A stretch of 64,000 nt of DNA from Stegostoma tigrinum (Eukaryota). This document shows positions 13,652-25,550 of this stretch, in pieces. The translations under genes and the position numbers were made by a program. Positions within the stretch are counted from its first letter, which is position 1, and each line of letters starts with the position of its first letter. The notes beneath the pieces were generated by a model. It saw nothing but the letters and a program-made list of their open reading frames with translations, was not told the origin of the DNA and searched no databases. The stretch spans positions 31,036,630 to 31,100,629 of the forward strand of contig NC_081374.1 in assembly GCF_030684315.1 (NCBI RefSeq), in the 5' to 3' direction.

Positions 13652-13865
13652 ATAACAAAGTGTGGAGCTGGATGAACACAGCAGGCCAAGCAGCATCTCA
13701 GGAGCACAAAAGCTGATGTTTCGGGCCTAGACCCTGCATCAGAGAGGGTCTAGGCCCGAAATATCAGCTTTTGTGCTCCTGAGATGCTGCTTGGCCTGCT
13801 GTATTCATCCAGCTCCACACTCTGTTACTGTGGATTCTCCAGCATCTGCAGTTCCCATTGTCACA
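13652..13865. mobile_element. Miniature palindromic family A PLE insertion (non-coding)
   Basis: Inverted arms of ~85 bp centred on the hammerhead region; tail on the right. TSD gatgtgtctttg at 13640-13651 and 13866-13877. Confidence 0.88.
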
Positions 13866-14264
13866 GATGTGTCTTTGTTGGGTCCTGATAGTCTCTGTAA
13901 TTATGCCAAACTCATCAAGGTAACATGTACATTGTCACCATACATAAACAACATCTTGTGATTAAGAGAAGTGCCTCAACTTAACACGATGCATTCGTGG
14001 TTTATCATCTACCATTGGTAATGGATAGGTCCTTAAACTCAGTGTAGAGTGTTGGTACAGCAGTAAAATAGAAGCCTTCAGAGACCAGTGACATTGGAGG
14101 GGCTCGGGGTGCTTCTTTACCCTGCACAATGTTATTGTGATTTAGTAAGTTTCTGTTTCCTTTTGTAAGTTTCTATTAACTATTAGTTTTGTATTTTTGT
14201 TATAATGCTTCATCAGTGGGTTCTTTAATCTAATCTCGTTTGGTATAAGAAGTAGAGTGTTGAG

Positions 14265-14380
14265 GTCTCTGCGACACTATGGTAATCTCCCTACCATTGG
14301 ACCAGATGGCCTGGGTTCAACTCCCAAGTGCACCAGAGGTGTGTCATGACATTCCTGAACATTTTGTTTTAGAATATCTG
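14265..14380 (+). mobile_element. Short (~110 bp) tRNA-derived SINE
   Basis: A/B-box-like head (tggtaat...gggttcaactccc), ending agaatatct. Homologous to 15455-15548 and 16906-17020. Confidence 0.55.
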
Positions 14381-14391
14381 TAATGTTCAGA

Positions 14392-14742
14392 GGCGGCACA
14401 GCGGCTCAGTGGGTTAGCACTGCTGCCTCACAGCGCCAGGGACCCAGGTTCGATTCCACCCTCGGGCGACTGTCTGTGTGGAGTTTGCACATTCTCCTTG
14501 TGTCTGCCTGGGTTTCCTCTGGGTGCTCAGGTTTCTTCTCACAGTCCAAAGATGTGCAGGCTAGGTGGATTAGCCATGCTACATTGCCCATTATGTTCAG
14601 GGGTGTGTAGGTTAGGTGCGTTGGCCATGGTGGGGTTGCAGAGATGGGGTAGGGAGCTGGATCTGGGTGGGATGCTCTTCCGAAGTTTGGTGTGTTGTTG
14701 GGCCGAATGGCCTGTTTACACACTGTAGGGATTCTAATTCTA
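14392..14742 (+). mobile_element. HE1-type V-SINE
   Basis: tRNA head ggcggcacagcggctcagtgggttagc...ggttcgattcc, V-domain gtgtggagtttgcacattctcc, and CR1-derived tail gggccgaatggcctgttt...ctgtagggattcta. Confidence 0.88.
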
Positions 14743-14779
14743 GTCTTTGACGTGGGGCAGAATGCCACATTATAAGGCC

Positions 14780-15005
14780 TGAAGAAATAGGAACAGATGT
14801 GGTCCATTCAGCCCGTGAAGCCTGTTCTGCAATTCATTAAGACCATGGCTGATGTGATAACCCTCACATTCACTTTCCTGCCTTTTGCCGTAACTCTTGA
14901 TTCCCCTACTGATCATGAATATGTGCAAGGATTCTGTCCCCATGGCCATTCATAGCAAAGACTCACAACTTTGTAAGAGAAAAAAATTCCTCCTCATCTC
15001 AGTTT
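14780..15005 (-). mobile_element. CR1 LINE 3' end fragment
   Basis: Reverse-complement CR1 tail (ccattcagccc...aaattcctcctcatctcagttt). Confidence 0.7.
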
Positions 15006-15007
15006 GC

Positions 15008-15282
15008 CCCTCCTCCCGGATCAAGCTCCGGGTTTCCCCCCCCCCAACTTCCGGACCCAGCTCCGGGATTCTCTCCCCCTCCTCCCGAACCCAGCTCCGG
15101 GTTTTCCCCCTCTCCCTGATCCAGCTCCGGGTTTTCCTCTCCTCCCGGACCCTGTCCGGTGTCTCCCCTACCCCGCTCCTCCGGGACCGTGCTCCGTGTT
15201 TTCCGCTCCTCCCGGACCCAGCTCTGTGTTTTTACTCCTCCCGGATCCAGCTCCGTGTTTTCCGCTCCTCCCGGACCCTGTC
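15008..15282. repeat. CpG-rich minisatellite, about 9 units of ~29-35 bp
   Basis: Recurrent unit ctcctcccggacccagctccg(g/t)gttttcc. Confidence 0.85.
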
Positions 15283-15289
15283 AGTTATT

Positions 15290-15400
15290 TGCTCCGGTTT
15301 CGAGGCGGTGAGTTTAAATTTGAATTCTCTCTCTCTTTCCGTTCCCGGGCGGTGGTGTTGAATCGGGAGAAGAAGCCGCGGTCAGTGTCTGAGGTAGGAT
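15290..15400 (+). promoter_or_regulatory. UBE2T: Putative UBE2T promoter / non-coding exon 1 with CDE-CHR-like element
   Basis: CpG-dense patch. GGCGG (15304-15308), a 4-nt spacer, TTTAAA (15313-15318), then TTTGAA (15319-15324). Candidate donors GTCAGT (15381) and GTAGGA (15394); exon boundaries uncertain. Confidence 0.5.
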
Positions 15401-15454
15401 TCCCTGACTCCCACCGTGGCTTTCACATCGCGGGGTGGAGCCCGCCTCAACCCC

Positions 15455-15548
15455 AACGTAGTGACCCACCCTCTGGGTTAGGAGGCCCGGGTTCTAATCC
15501 CACCTCTTCTAGAGTTGTTACAGAAGGTGCTCGGCTAGAAAATATCTT
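15455..15548 (+). mobile_element. Short tRNA-derived SINE, second copy
   Basis: ggaggcccgggttctaatcccacc...agaaaatatct. Confidence 0.5.
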
Positions 15549-15706
15549 TAATCCTGCGGGACCTTCGTATCTCCGATTTGAATCATCGCACCGCTGGTGG
15601 CCAGGCCTAGGCTCCAAACATTGGAACGTTTCCCCTTAAACCTCACTCACCTCCTTCATTACAATCTCTCTACTCTGCTTTGATCAACCAGGTTTGGTTC
15701 ACAGAG

Positions 15707-15867
15707 ATAATGGGAACTGCAGATGCTGGAGAATCCAAGATAACAAAGTGCGAAGCTGGATGAACATAGCAGGCCAAGCAGCATTTCAGGAGCACTTTTG
15801 TGAGATAGGAGCACTCCTGAGATGCTGCTTGGCCTGCTGTGTTCATCCAGCTTCACACTTTGTTATC
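15707..15867. mobile_element. Miniature palindromic family A PLE insertion in UBE2T intron 1
   Basis: Inverted arms, tail on the left, hammerhead core absent. TSD ttggt(t/g)cacagag at 15694-15706 and 15868-15880. Confidence 0.85.
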
Positions 15868-15977
15868 TTGGTGCACAGAGCCTGAGTGAGAGACCTTTAC
15901 AGTGATGTCTGCTGATGTGGTTTGTGGCTGTAACCCTCCCATTTGTGCTTTTGTTTGTGCTGCAGGTCAACTGCCAG

Positions 15978-16089
15978 ATGATGCAAAGAATTACCAGGTT
16001 AAAAAAAGAAATGCAGTTGTTGGCGAGCCAGCCTCCTCCTGGAGTCTCCTGTTGGCAAAATAATGACCAGATGGATGACTTACGAGCCC
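15978..16089 (+). CDS. UBE2T: UBE2T first coding exon: (M)MQRITRLKKEMQLLASQPPPGVSCWQNNDQMDDLRA
   Basis: Acceptor tgcag at 15965, tandem ATGs at 15978 and 15981, donor GTACGT at 16090. Closely resembles the vertebrate UBE2T N-terminus (MQRASRLKRELHMLATEPPPGITCWQ). Confidence 0.95.
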
Positions 16090-16395
16090 GTACGTTTCTT
16101 TTTGCACACTGGAGAGTCATGCTCAGCCTCCCCTTACCACAAGTATAATGTTAGCTAATCTTTAAAGCTGAAGCTCTGACTGTACAGTGGAATTTTGACA
16201 TTTATTTCCTTAATTTACTTTGTTCCCGATTAGTAACTGCAGACAGAATATTGTGGAGGCAACAACGGTCTGTCCACCCAGCTGGACAGTGGGCAAAAGG
16301 CCTGTGTCATCCTTTCTAGGGAAATGATTTTTTTGTAGCGCTCAACAAACCAACAGCCACCTTCACTCACGGTCAAGAGCCGCTGATTGTTCAGA

Positions 16396-16606
16396 GACAG
16401 TAGGATCTGCAGATGCTGGAGAATCTGAGATAACAAGGCATAGAGCTGGATGAACACAGCAGGCCAAGCAGCATCAGAGGAGCAGGAATGCTGATGTTTC
16501 AGGCCTAGACCCTCTGATGAAGGGTCTAGGCCAAATACGTCAGCTTTCCTGCTCCTGAGATGCTGCTTGGCCTGCTGTGTTCATCCAGCTCTACACCTTG
16601 TTACGG
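16396..16606. mobile_element. Miniature palindromic family A-related PLE insertion in UBE2T intron 2
   Basis: Arms fold around ctgatga, tail on the left. TSD gctga(t/c)tgttcaga at 16382-16395 and 16607-16620. Confidence 0.85.
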
Positions 16607-16905
16607 GCTGACTGTTCAGATGGCTGTTACACCATACGTGACAGCACTACTGGGGGTGTTGCAGGTATTCGACCCACCTGAGGCCTCTGATCAAGATGGG
16701 ATCCAAATTCCAGTAATTGATGGTGGCCAGGATATTTGGCTGATGGAGATGATTTTTAGTGTACCCCTTCTCTATCTGGGACCCCGGGGAGCTTCTGAGC
16801 GAACAGCTTGTTGTATTTTCTCACATGACAGATACCCAGCTTTGGATTGAATTTGGAACTTCTACTTCAGTTGCACTTGTTATTTCCATGTAGACCTGTA
16901 TTCCA

Positions 16906-17020
16906 GGGCCCTTGTGGTGCAGTTGTAGTTGCCCTGCCTCTGGACCAGGAGACCTTGGTCCAAGTTCCCTACTCCAGGAGCATTTAAGAACAACTCTGCA
17001 CGGGCTGATTATAAAATATA
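16906..17020 (+). mobile_element. Short tRNA-derived SINE, third copy
   Basis: gggcccttgtggtgcagttgtag...ggtccaagttcc...gattataaaatat. Confidence 0.5.
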
Positions 17021-17334
17021 TGGACTTGTATTCTAATCCATTTCTATTGATCCTCCTTTCTTAAAGTCCACAAAACAAAAGGTCACACCTAAAGTATTAA
17101 CTTGGCTTTTCTTTTAATAGCTGCTAGTGTGGAGTATTTCTGCTGTTTGGTTAATTTCCATCATGCTGTTGTACCTGTGGGAAGTGTGAATAAATATTAC
17201 ATAATACATTCAATCTGTAAGAAATAAACAATGTATTGGGGACACTAATAAATAAGCTACATCAAATGAAGCTTTGCCTTGTTCCCCTCTTCCCAATCGT
17301 GTGCACACAGAAAAATTAGATATGATTTAAAACT

Positions 17335-18069
17335 TGTCAGATATTAAGAGTGATGCCTAAATGAGTTGAATTAGAAAAGTTGCCTTAACCAAGCAAAAGC
17401 AGTTTATGTCAAGAGTGCTCAAGTATTCACTTGAGCTTGCCAAACGATTACAGGTAAAAATTGAACCCAAATGCATGTTAACTAGTTTGATGATACTATG
17501 CGTTTCACAGGTCTATTTTATCATAGTCTGTTTATGAAAAGAAGTTGAAACAGAGATACTGTACAGTCCATTCTAACCCAATAAAGCAGTCTACTTGTTA
17601 GGCCTCAGGTTTTTTTTTAAGTTTGAAATATAGAAGCAGAATGAAGGGGTAGGTCCTGCTCCCACAGAACTAGGATTTTAGTTTAACTTACAATAGTAGC
17701 TGGGGTCTTGAAGCTGGATGTGGAAGCTCTTATTTCTCTCTGCTGCGAAAACTACATGAGAGACAATCTGTTTTGCTGAATTTGCCTTTGCCAAGGGTGT
17801 GTTTATGCATTGTTACTATTTTGGAACAGCTGCTGTTTAGTAGTTAAGTAATATGTTATTCTGTTAAGTTCTCCAATTGAGTTCAGTTATTCTAATTTCT
17901 TCTTTCTTTAGTTTGTATTTTAATTTGTTTTGCTTCATGCCTGCAAGTTTGACCAAATGAATTGCATCCGGAACATGCTGCCTTACATTTGCCTTTAAAA
18001 ATAAGAAAATGTTGGGGTCTAGGCTGTCGTCTTAATATAGTTTGAGAGGCTTCGGTGTGGTCCATAACA
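17335..18069. mobile_element. Possible solo LTR-like repeat
   Basis: Non-coding block ending ggtccataaca (a TGTTATG terminus on the - strand). Left boundary uncertain; no TSD found. Confidence 0.3.
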
Positions 18070-19187
18070 CTAGTATGACTTTATTAACTCCATTCACAGC
18101 AACTAATAATGCTAAATGTAGTTAGTGATTGAAGTAGCTGCTCTTTAATATCAATGAAAATATAAGCTGTCAAGGTGCAATTATTTACATCAATATATGC
18201 ATACAGAATAGTCCTTCAAAATATTTGTAAAACTTGACTGTAAGCTAGTGTAAAGATGCTAAGTAATTGCATGTGACTGTACTAGAATGTCTGGTTGTCT
18301 TCTGGGTGTACACGAGTTGTACAGCAGTGGTTCAGGAAGGTGGCTCACCATCACACCATGGACCTTCAGGACAATTGGGAATGAACAACAAATGTAGATC
18401 TTCCCAGTATGACATTCAATGACAAAATAAATAAGAAAAATGCATTTTTAAAATTTTTGTGTAATATACATATTTGTGAATAATTATAACCTTTTTTGTA
18501 TTTAAATTCCTTTTAAGGAAAACATGTATGGTGAAATTAGGTATTTGTATGATTATTTTGTTAGGTCCACAATTTAATGAACAAAAGAATGGGATTCCTT
18601 TCCTATTGTATCATGATTTCATTTTTTTAAAAAACCTTAATTGCAGTTTGCTAAGTATCTGTTGTCTGATCCTTATGACCACTGTTGTAGCATTCTAATA
18701 TTTTATATTTTTTTTATTGTGGGTAATTACAAAGTGTTTTAAGTCTTCAGTGAACTCAAAGTTAGTTCCATAGATGCCCTTCTAGTTCTTGGAGATCCAA
18801 TATATGTAAACCTTTTGGGTTGAAACTGATGGAAATCTAAACAGGAAAAGTAAATCTAAATTTTGGAATACAGCCAAATAAGATCTAGATATCACGTCAA
18901 AAATACAGCATGTTGATGTCGTTCAGCGTCAAGTCATTTTCCTTGTTGGAATTTGTGAAGCAGTAACCGTTTGTTATCCTTAATGTAGAACTTTGCCAGT
19001 TTTTATTGTTTAAAACATTTGTTCCCTTTTTTTTGAAGTTAAATTGGAAAACCAGTTTTCACTAACAATCTAATATCTAACTGTTCTGCTTTAGATCCAA
19101 ATGTCATGATTGACATCCATGTTTTTGACTCATACGCTCATGACTAATCATAAATTATATTGACTCTCTCCACTTTCTTTTCTTCAG

Positions 19188-19257
19188 AGATTTTAGGAAG
19201 TGTTGATTCACCGTATGAAGGAGGAATATTTAACCTTGAAATTATTGTTCCTGAAAG
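19188..19257 (+). CDS. UBE2T: UBE2T coding exon 2: (Q)ILGSVDSPYEGGIFNLEIIVPE(R)
   Basis: Polypyrimidine tract plus cag acceptor, GTACAA donor. 70 nt, phase-compatible; contains the E2 PYEGG motif. Confidence 0.95.
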
Positions 19258-20444
19258 GTACAATTTTTAATTTTTTGACTAGATTTTGATTTTCCTGCTA
19301 TCATTCTCATTTACACTATATATTCTTGTACTCACTCTATTTTGATTAACTAATTACAGTGGCAGTTTAAGTGTAGCCTTCCATCTACCTATACTAAATA
19401 CAAAAGTGGTTGTCGAAACACTAATGTTAACAATGTACTATACATGAATGTATTCATGCCACATGCTTTTTGGCTCACTGTTGTAATATATTAATAGGAA
19501 AATGTTAATTTGAGTTTTGATTAAATTCTGCGATGTAAAACAAGGAAAATCTCAGGCTTAAGTACTTCCTGTTCAAAATAGAGACTTTATGTCTTTACAA
19601 AGACTTATTGTTTGTCTCCTCTCAGCTAATCTGGTGATAACTTTTTAAAGGCCTGTTGAGATCTGTAGTAACTTCATATATTGGCATAGCAATATAAATT
19701 TTTGATTTTTTGTGGCACCTAATTCAAACCCGCTGATCTAGGGAAGGCATTGCATTCTCTGCAAAGTTTCCTTTCACTTTTAAAATAAAATTTATGATTT
19801 CACAATAATGGCATCGCACCTAAATGATGGTTGGTGATATACAGAATCATCCCACAATTATTTCAGGTTTTATTTAAAAATATATCATATGTAAAGATAT
19901 TAGAGCAGCTACCTAATACTTTTCCACTCGTTTATTTTTTAAAGAAGTGTAGTCCCTAATGACTGCTGATAAATATCTTGAGTTATTTGGATTTGTGGCT
20001 TCAGTGTTAAATGCTGATTATCGCAGAATTAGCCATTCTTAGCTGAGTATTGAGCTTGTTATTTCCTGTTCTGACAGAACGAGGATAAGAAGAATTACCA
20101 GTTTTTCAATCTTAATTGTTTTCTGGTAATCTTTGCTGCCAAGTATACTTATGTTACTGTGGGGTGAGCAGAGAATTGGTAGCACTCATCATGATCAAGT
20201 ATCTAACATTCTCTATTTGGCTTGTTGATCAACAATGAACTTGTGTAGATATGCTACTAAGTTTCACTTTCTAATATGTATGTAAATATGATCAGCCAAA
20301 TTGTCTACTGTTTCTATTTTCTAAGTTTATATGTTTAAAAGTTGTGCATTGGAGTCCTATATGTAAATGTAATTCAAGAGAATTTGATTTAAAATGAATA
20401 AATTATAATATTATTCAGTCTAATTTATAAATAGATGATATTAA

Positions 20445-20717
<273 letters not shown>

Positions 20718-20937
20718 TGACTTAAATAACACAGAAAAAGGCAATCTACAAGTTGATGTGGCACCTTTTAGGATTGTCATGTTTTCTCCATAACTTCGAT
20801 ATGTAGTATAATTTACTTGGTAGGTATCAGCCATAATTTTAGCGATTTATGATGGTCTCAATGAATGAAAACATTTAATCTTGGAGGCAGAATTTCCAAT
20901 GAGAATATACGTTGAGTAAAGCTACTCCCTAATATCT

Positions 20938-21163
20938 AAAGCAAAGTTGCTGGAAAAGCTCAGCAGGTCTGGCAGCATCTGTGGAGGAGAAAACAGAGTT
21001 AACGTTTCGGGTCCAGTGACCCTTCCTCAGAACTCACCGCACCTGAAACATTAACTCTTTAACTAAATGTTTTCTCCTCCACAGATGCTACCAGACCTGC
21101 TGAGCTTTTCCAGCAACTTTGCTTTTGTTCCTGATTTACAGCATCCACAGTTCTTTTGGTATT
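20938..21163. mobile_element. Miniature palindromic PLE insertion, family B
   Basis: Inverted arms aaagcaaagttgctggaaaagctcagc... and ...gctgagcttttccagcaactttgcttt, with a ~37-nt tail on the right. TSD tactccctaa(t/g)atct at 20923-20937 and 21164-21178. Confidence 0.85.
20996..21035 (-). ncRNA. Minimal type I hammerhead ribozyme motif (family B)
   Basis: GAGTT-CTGAGGA-A-GGGTC(ACTG)GACCC-GAAAC-GTT-AACTC: perfect 5-bp helix I and 5-bp helix II. Confidence 0.78.
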
Positions 21164-22117
21164 TACTCCCTAAGATCTGCTCTTTAGAAAACGCCGACAT
21201 GTTCACCCCTCGACTCCACAGCAAACCTGATGTTCATCAATACTGAAGGCCAATTCTTGCTTCCTCAGTGTATCCTCACTTACAGACCTAGCCCATTAGC
21301 AATATTTCAGCAATAAACTGTAGTTGATTCTGTGGATTGTTATCGCATACTTTCTCTCCTTGATCATTGATTTGGAATCCATCCTATACTCCTGGCACGT
21401 CTGATAGCCCAGTTTTTAATCCTAAGTAAACAGCTCTTGTGAAAATACACAAATTCATTGACCTTATTTGCAGGACACAATGATGACTGTGTTAAAACAA
21501 AAAATTACAATGGAAAAGAAATGTTTTTAAAAAGCCATATCTGAGGTAGGTAGAGTAAGAGCTTTGTAGCTGCCCATTTTATGTTGTACTTGGCTGTTTA
21601 ATACTACCATGTTCTAAGAGCAAAACTACTAAGATTTTCTGAATTTCAACTTCGCAATCTTGAGAACACTCAGCAGCAGTTCCCAATGTGAATTTCAACT
21701 CATGATGGTGTTTAAAAGTACCATTTAGGGCCACAGGCTTTTCCAAAGCAGCAATGACAGCTGTTGTGCGGAGAGTAGCAGGTCTTGAGACTTTGGCAGG
21801 ACAGCCTCGACTCACTTGAATATTTCCAGTAAAACATAAGGATTGCACAATGTGCCAAAAGCATGTTTAATCATTTGAAATATTTTTAAAATAAGAGCTG
21901 AAACTTCTAAGGATGTTGAAGGAAAGAGACAAACGTAGATGCTACAAGCGTGTTTACTCCCTTGATGCAAGTAATTTTTCTTAAAGTAGTGTTCTGTTTC
22001 ATTTTTATTTGTTTAATACTGTAACATCCGGGGAGAGTTCAAGGGAAAACCTTGCCATTGGCACCACCTTGTGGCAGCTGTGAAAATGTTGATCTGCTTT
22101 TGCAGTCATCCATTAAT

Positions 22118-22445
22118 TGAGGTTGACTTGCTCGCCGAGCCGGCTTGTTTTCGTTTAGGCTTTTCATTACCATGCTAGGTAACATCAGTGAGGCCTCCGA
22201 TGAAACAATGTTGTTCTACTCCACTTGGAATTTATACTGTCCAGTCTGTTTATGGTGGGTTGTGTCATTTCTGGTTTTGTTCTGTATGCGTTTGTATATG
22301 GGGGCCAGTTCTACACGTTTGTTGATTTGCATTATGGTTGGAGAACCATGCCTCTCGGAATTCCCATGCATGCCTGTAGTTGGCTTGGGCTACTACGGTT
22401 ACATTTCCTAAGTTGAACTGATGCCCTTTGTTTGAGTGTACTGAT
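22118..22445 (-). mobile_element. Family D (Poseidon-type) PLE 3' fragment
   Basis: Homologous to 6110-6430 (gacttgctcgccgagc...ggtaacatcagtg...ggaattccc). Confidence 0.7.
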
Positions 22446-23837
22446 ATTAGGGAAAGTTCATCGTGTCATTTTGCTGACAGCTAATTTTTGCAAAAACCTT
22501 AATCATCCATTAGTTTTGACTGAGTTTTGCTTACAAGTAATGAGCTTTGTATCTGTTGTCAGGACCACTCTGAGTAAAACCTGAGCAATTTTATGACAAA
22601 AGTCAATTTATAGCTGTCACTGTTTGTGTTAAGCTTTCAGTGGACAAGGTTGATATTGAGTAAATTGTAAGAACATGCATTGTATTTGGAAATATAAACT
22701 GAAAAATGGAAGTTTGTGTTTTTTTTTTAATACAAGGACCCAACAAAGGTTGAATATGTGTTAATGGTAGCCACTTAATGGTTAAATAACAGCCTGTAAC
22801 GTTCAGAGAAATTAGAGGTAATGTTTTCATGAGACCTGCTGGCTTTGAGTATTAAACAAAAAATCTGCCCAGCAACAGCTTCTGGATTAGTTGTAAATTG
22901 CAATTTGTCGCAAATCTGAGGTTCACTTTACTAAACCTCCACAAGGCTGCAAAAAGCCAAATTTTTGTCTCCATCTCACACACTCACTGATGTTTGCCCC
23001 CTGGATAAGTGAAAACCAAAGCTAAAAGAATTTGAAAAGAAGAATTTCAAATTCCAGCAAAGCCTTTGGTCCAACTGATGGCTGCTGAATCAAGGATCAC
23101 AAGAAAACATTGTGTTAAACTTTACCATTTATTGAGATCATGGCTGATCTAATAATCCTCACTGAAGTTTCTTGTTTTTTTTCCTCCTAGCCCTCTTTGC
23201 CTTTACTGTTTGAAAATCTGTGTCTCGGCCTTGAATATATTTTTCACTCTATGACTAAATAGAGAAAGCATTTTGATCATTGGTATCTTTGGCACTAAAA
23301 TTTGAAATTCAATGTGTATAAGATGTAACAATTCAACTTGCCTTGCCTTAATTCCAAATATTGTGGTGACAAGTTTTATATCATTAGATTGGGAAGACAA
23401 ATTGAACATTTAAATTGACTTTCTTTAAATGTGCATTTCTCCTGTTTTTATTTAGAAAAATATTACTTACTTCATCAATTTGTAATGTACAAAAGATTAG
23501 CTATAGCTATAATTTAAAGAGTTCTGTTATACACTGAACACCAATACAGTTCTTAGGATCTGTTTAACTCTGTCACCTTCTCAGTTCTGATAGTATATTA
23601 CTTTGCTTCTGTGGGTGTTTTTGACCTCGTGGAGCTGATGATTCTAACAATAACATGTCTAAATTGTTTGCTTTGAAAATTTATTGACTGGCAAGGATCA
23701 AAAATGTAATTGATGCTAAATAGTATATTTCAAATATGCCGTTGGGTTTTGCATGCTAATACAAAATACTCATTTTGAATTGTCTCATGCTTACTACTAA
23801 AGTGAACTTTGTGCTAAGATGTAACTTTGTTATCTAG

Positions 23838-23936
23838 GGTGCCTGGAAGCCATCCCTTAATCTTGCTACTGTGTTAACTTCCATTCACTTATTGATGTCA
23901 GAACCTAATCCAGATGATCCTCTCATGGCTGATATT
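23838..23936 (+). CDS. UBE2T: UBE2T coding exon 4: [33 protein letters not shown]
   Basis: tctag acceptor, GTGAGT donor, 99 nt; contains the EPNPDDPL motif. Confidence 0.97.
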
Positions 23937-24899
23937 GTGAGTTAATTTCTTTTAAAAGATACTGTTTAGGTATGTAATAAATGTTGAGTCAACTCCTTGA
24001 AAAGTGAAAGCACTGTGATAGTGAGTAGAAAATGTGTAATGCATAAGTGAAGAGGACTGCAGGCTGACAAATGTTGGGAGCCTGTGGCAGAAAAATAGTA
24101 AAATGACAGATTAATAACTTTGAATAAAAGTATAATTCAGTTCTCAAACAGGTGTTGATACTCAAGTGAATGGAATGCTAAAGTAACAGAAGTAATTGCT
24201 GCTGCAGCAGCAGTAAGAATGATGTTAAGCCAATGTGGAAAAGACAGTGTCAGAGTATAGGGGTAGGAGAACCCCCATGACCTTCAGAATTAATTGAACC
24301 TTCATTGTGCCAACTCTTGTGAAAGTATAAGTGCAAGTTTAAATTGTACCCTTCTTTGTCCAGGTGAGTTGTTCAGATAGTATTAACAGTTACTATATAC
24401 AACTTAATGCAGCAGTTTTCATTGGCAGTTAAAGTTCTTTAAAAATAAAGAGAAAAAGGGCGAGATGTTGTTTACACAAAGCAAAACAACAGCAGTATTT
24501 ATTGTGCAGCAATTTCTGACAATTCAGAACTTATGGTATTTCTTTTAATCCATTGAATTTGCTAGCTTACTTATGCATTATTAATAGCAAACTTTATTAA
24601 CCCTCTTTTTCCATTTGAGATATAGATTACTCTTTATTAGCAAGAATCTGCTGGGCTTTTATTGGGAATAGTTGTTTGTGGAATTGGTGAGAGGTAGTTA
24701 CTTAAACTGAAAAGAAATACAGTTTGCACGTGGCTTGGTGGTACATATTAACTGAAAGAATTAGTCTAACTGCATAGATCTTGGCTTTCTAGTGAAAGTG
24801 CAGCTCTATGATTTGGTCGGACGATACGACTTCACGTTTTACCTTTTTATTTAGTATTGTGGATGGGAGCAAAATTCTGTAACGAAAAAAAATGATGGA

Positions 24900-25550
24900 T
24901 TAAGTGAGATTCTAAACTGTCTCAAAGCAGGTAAGGGTGGGGTCATCCATTTTGCACAAAAAAAATGGCCTTAAGGCATTTTTAAATGGTGTAGAGCTAA
25001 GAATGAAAGAAGTCCAATTTGGAAATTATCACACAATGGTGAACTTTATCCCTGTAGGCTTGAAAAGAAAAAGAAAGTTTTTTTTAAACAGCTTTTCAAA
25101 GCCCTGGTCAACCACATGGTGTATCGAGCACAGTTCTGAGCATCTTAAAATGAAGTCACAAAACATATTTACGGAGCTCTGAGGGATAAGTTGAGCAGTA
25201 GTTGCATTAACTAAGCTTGTTTTTCCTGGAATATAGAAAGATAAGTAATTTGATTGAGGTTTTACATTTTGTGAAAGACATTGATAGTAAAGCGGGGGGA
25301 GAAAACGTTGTAACTTGGGAGTCTTAGTTTTAAGGACATAACCTTAACTTGGAGCAAGATCATTAAGGAGAGAAATCTGAAAGTACTTCTTAATGGAATA
25401 AGCAGTAGAAGCGTCAAACCATCTCTCACAGAAAGGAATTGATACTTCATTAATTTAACATTTGAGATTGCAAAAGATGAAGGTCGTGGAGGCAAACTTA
25501 GGTTACAGATCATTCATGATTTCATTAAACGGTAGAGGACTGTGTGGCAT
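24900..25550 (+). mobile_element. Highly decayed CR1 3' fragment
   Basis: Residual CR1 C-terminal/3' UTR phrases (gatttgattgaggtttt, cattaaggagagaaatctgaaagtacttctt). Confidence 0.4.

Noticed and set aside
14392-14470. tRNA gene candidates (also near 50150-50221 and 62268-62340)
   Set aside because: These are SINE heads continuing into V-domain and LINE-derived tails; no complete cloverleaf.
14897-15639. Proline-rich ORFs of 154 and 211 aa
   Set aside because: Translation of the GC-rich minisatellite and promoter; no domain and no convincing start.
15915-16148. ORF-track extensions of UBE2T exons (also 20460-20720)
   Set aside because: Read-through into introns; splice sites define shorter exons.
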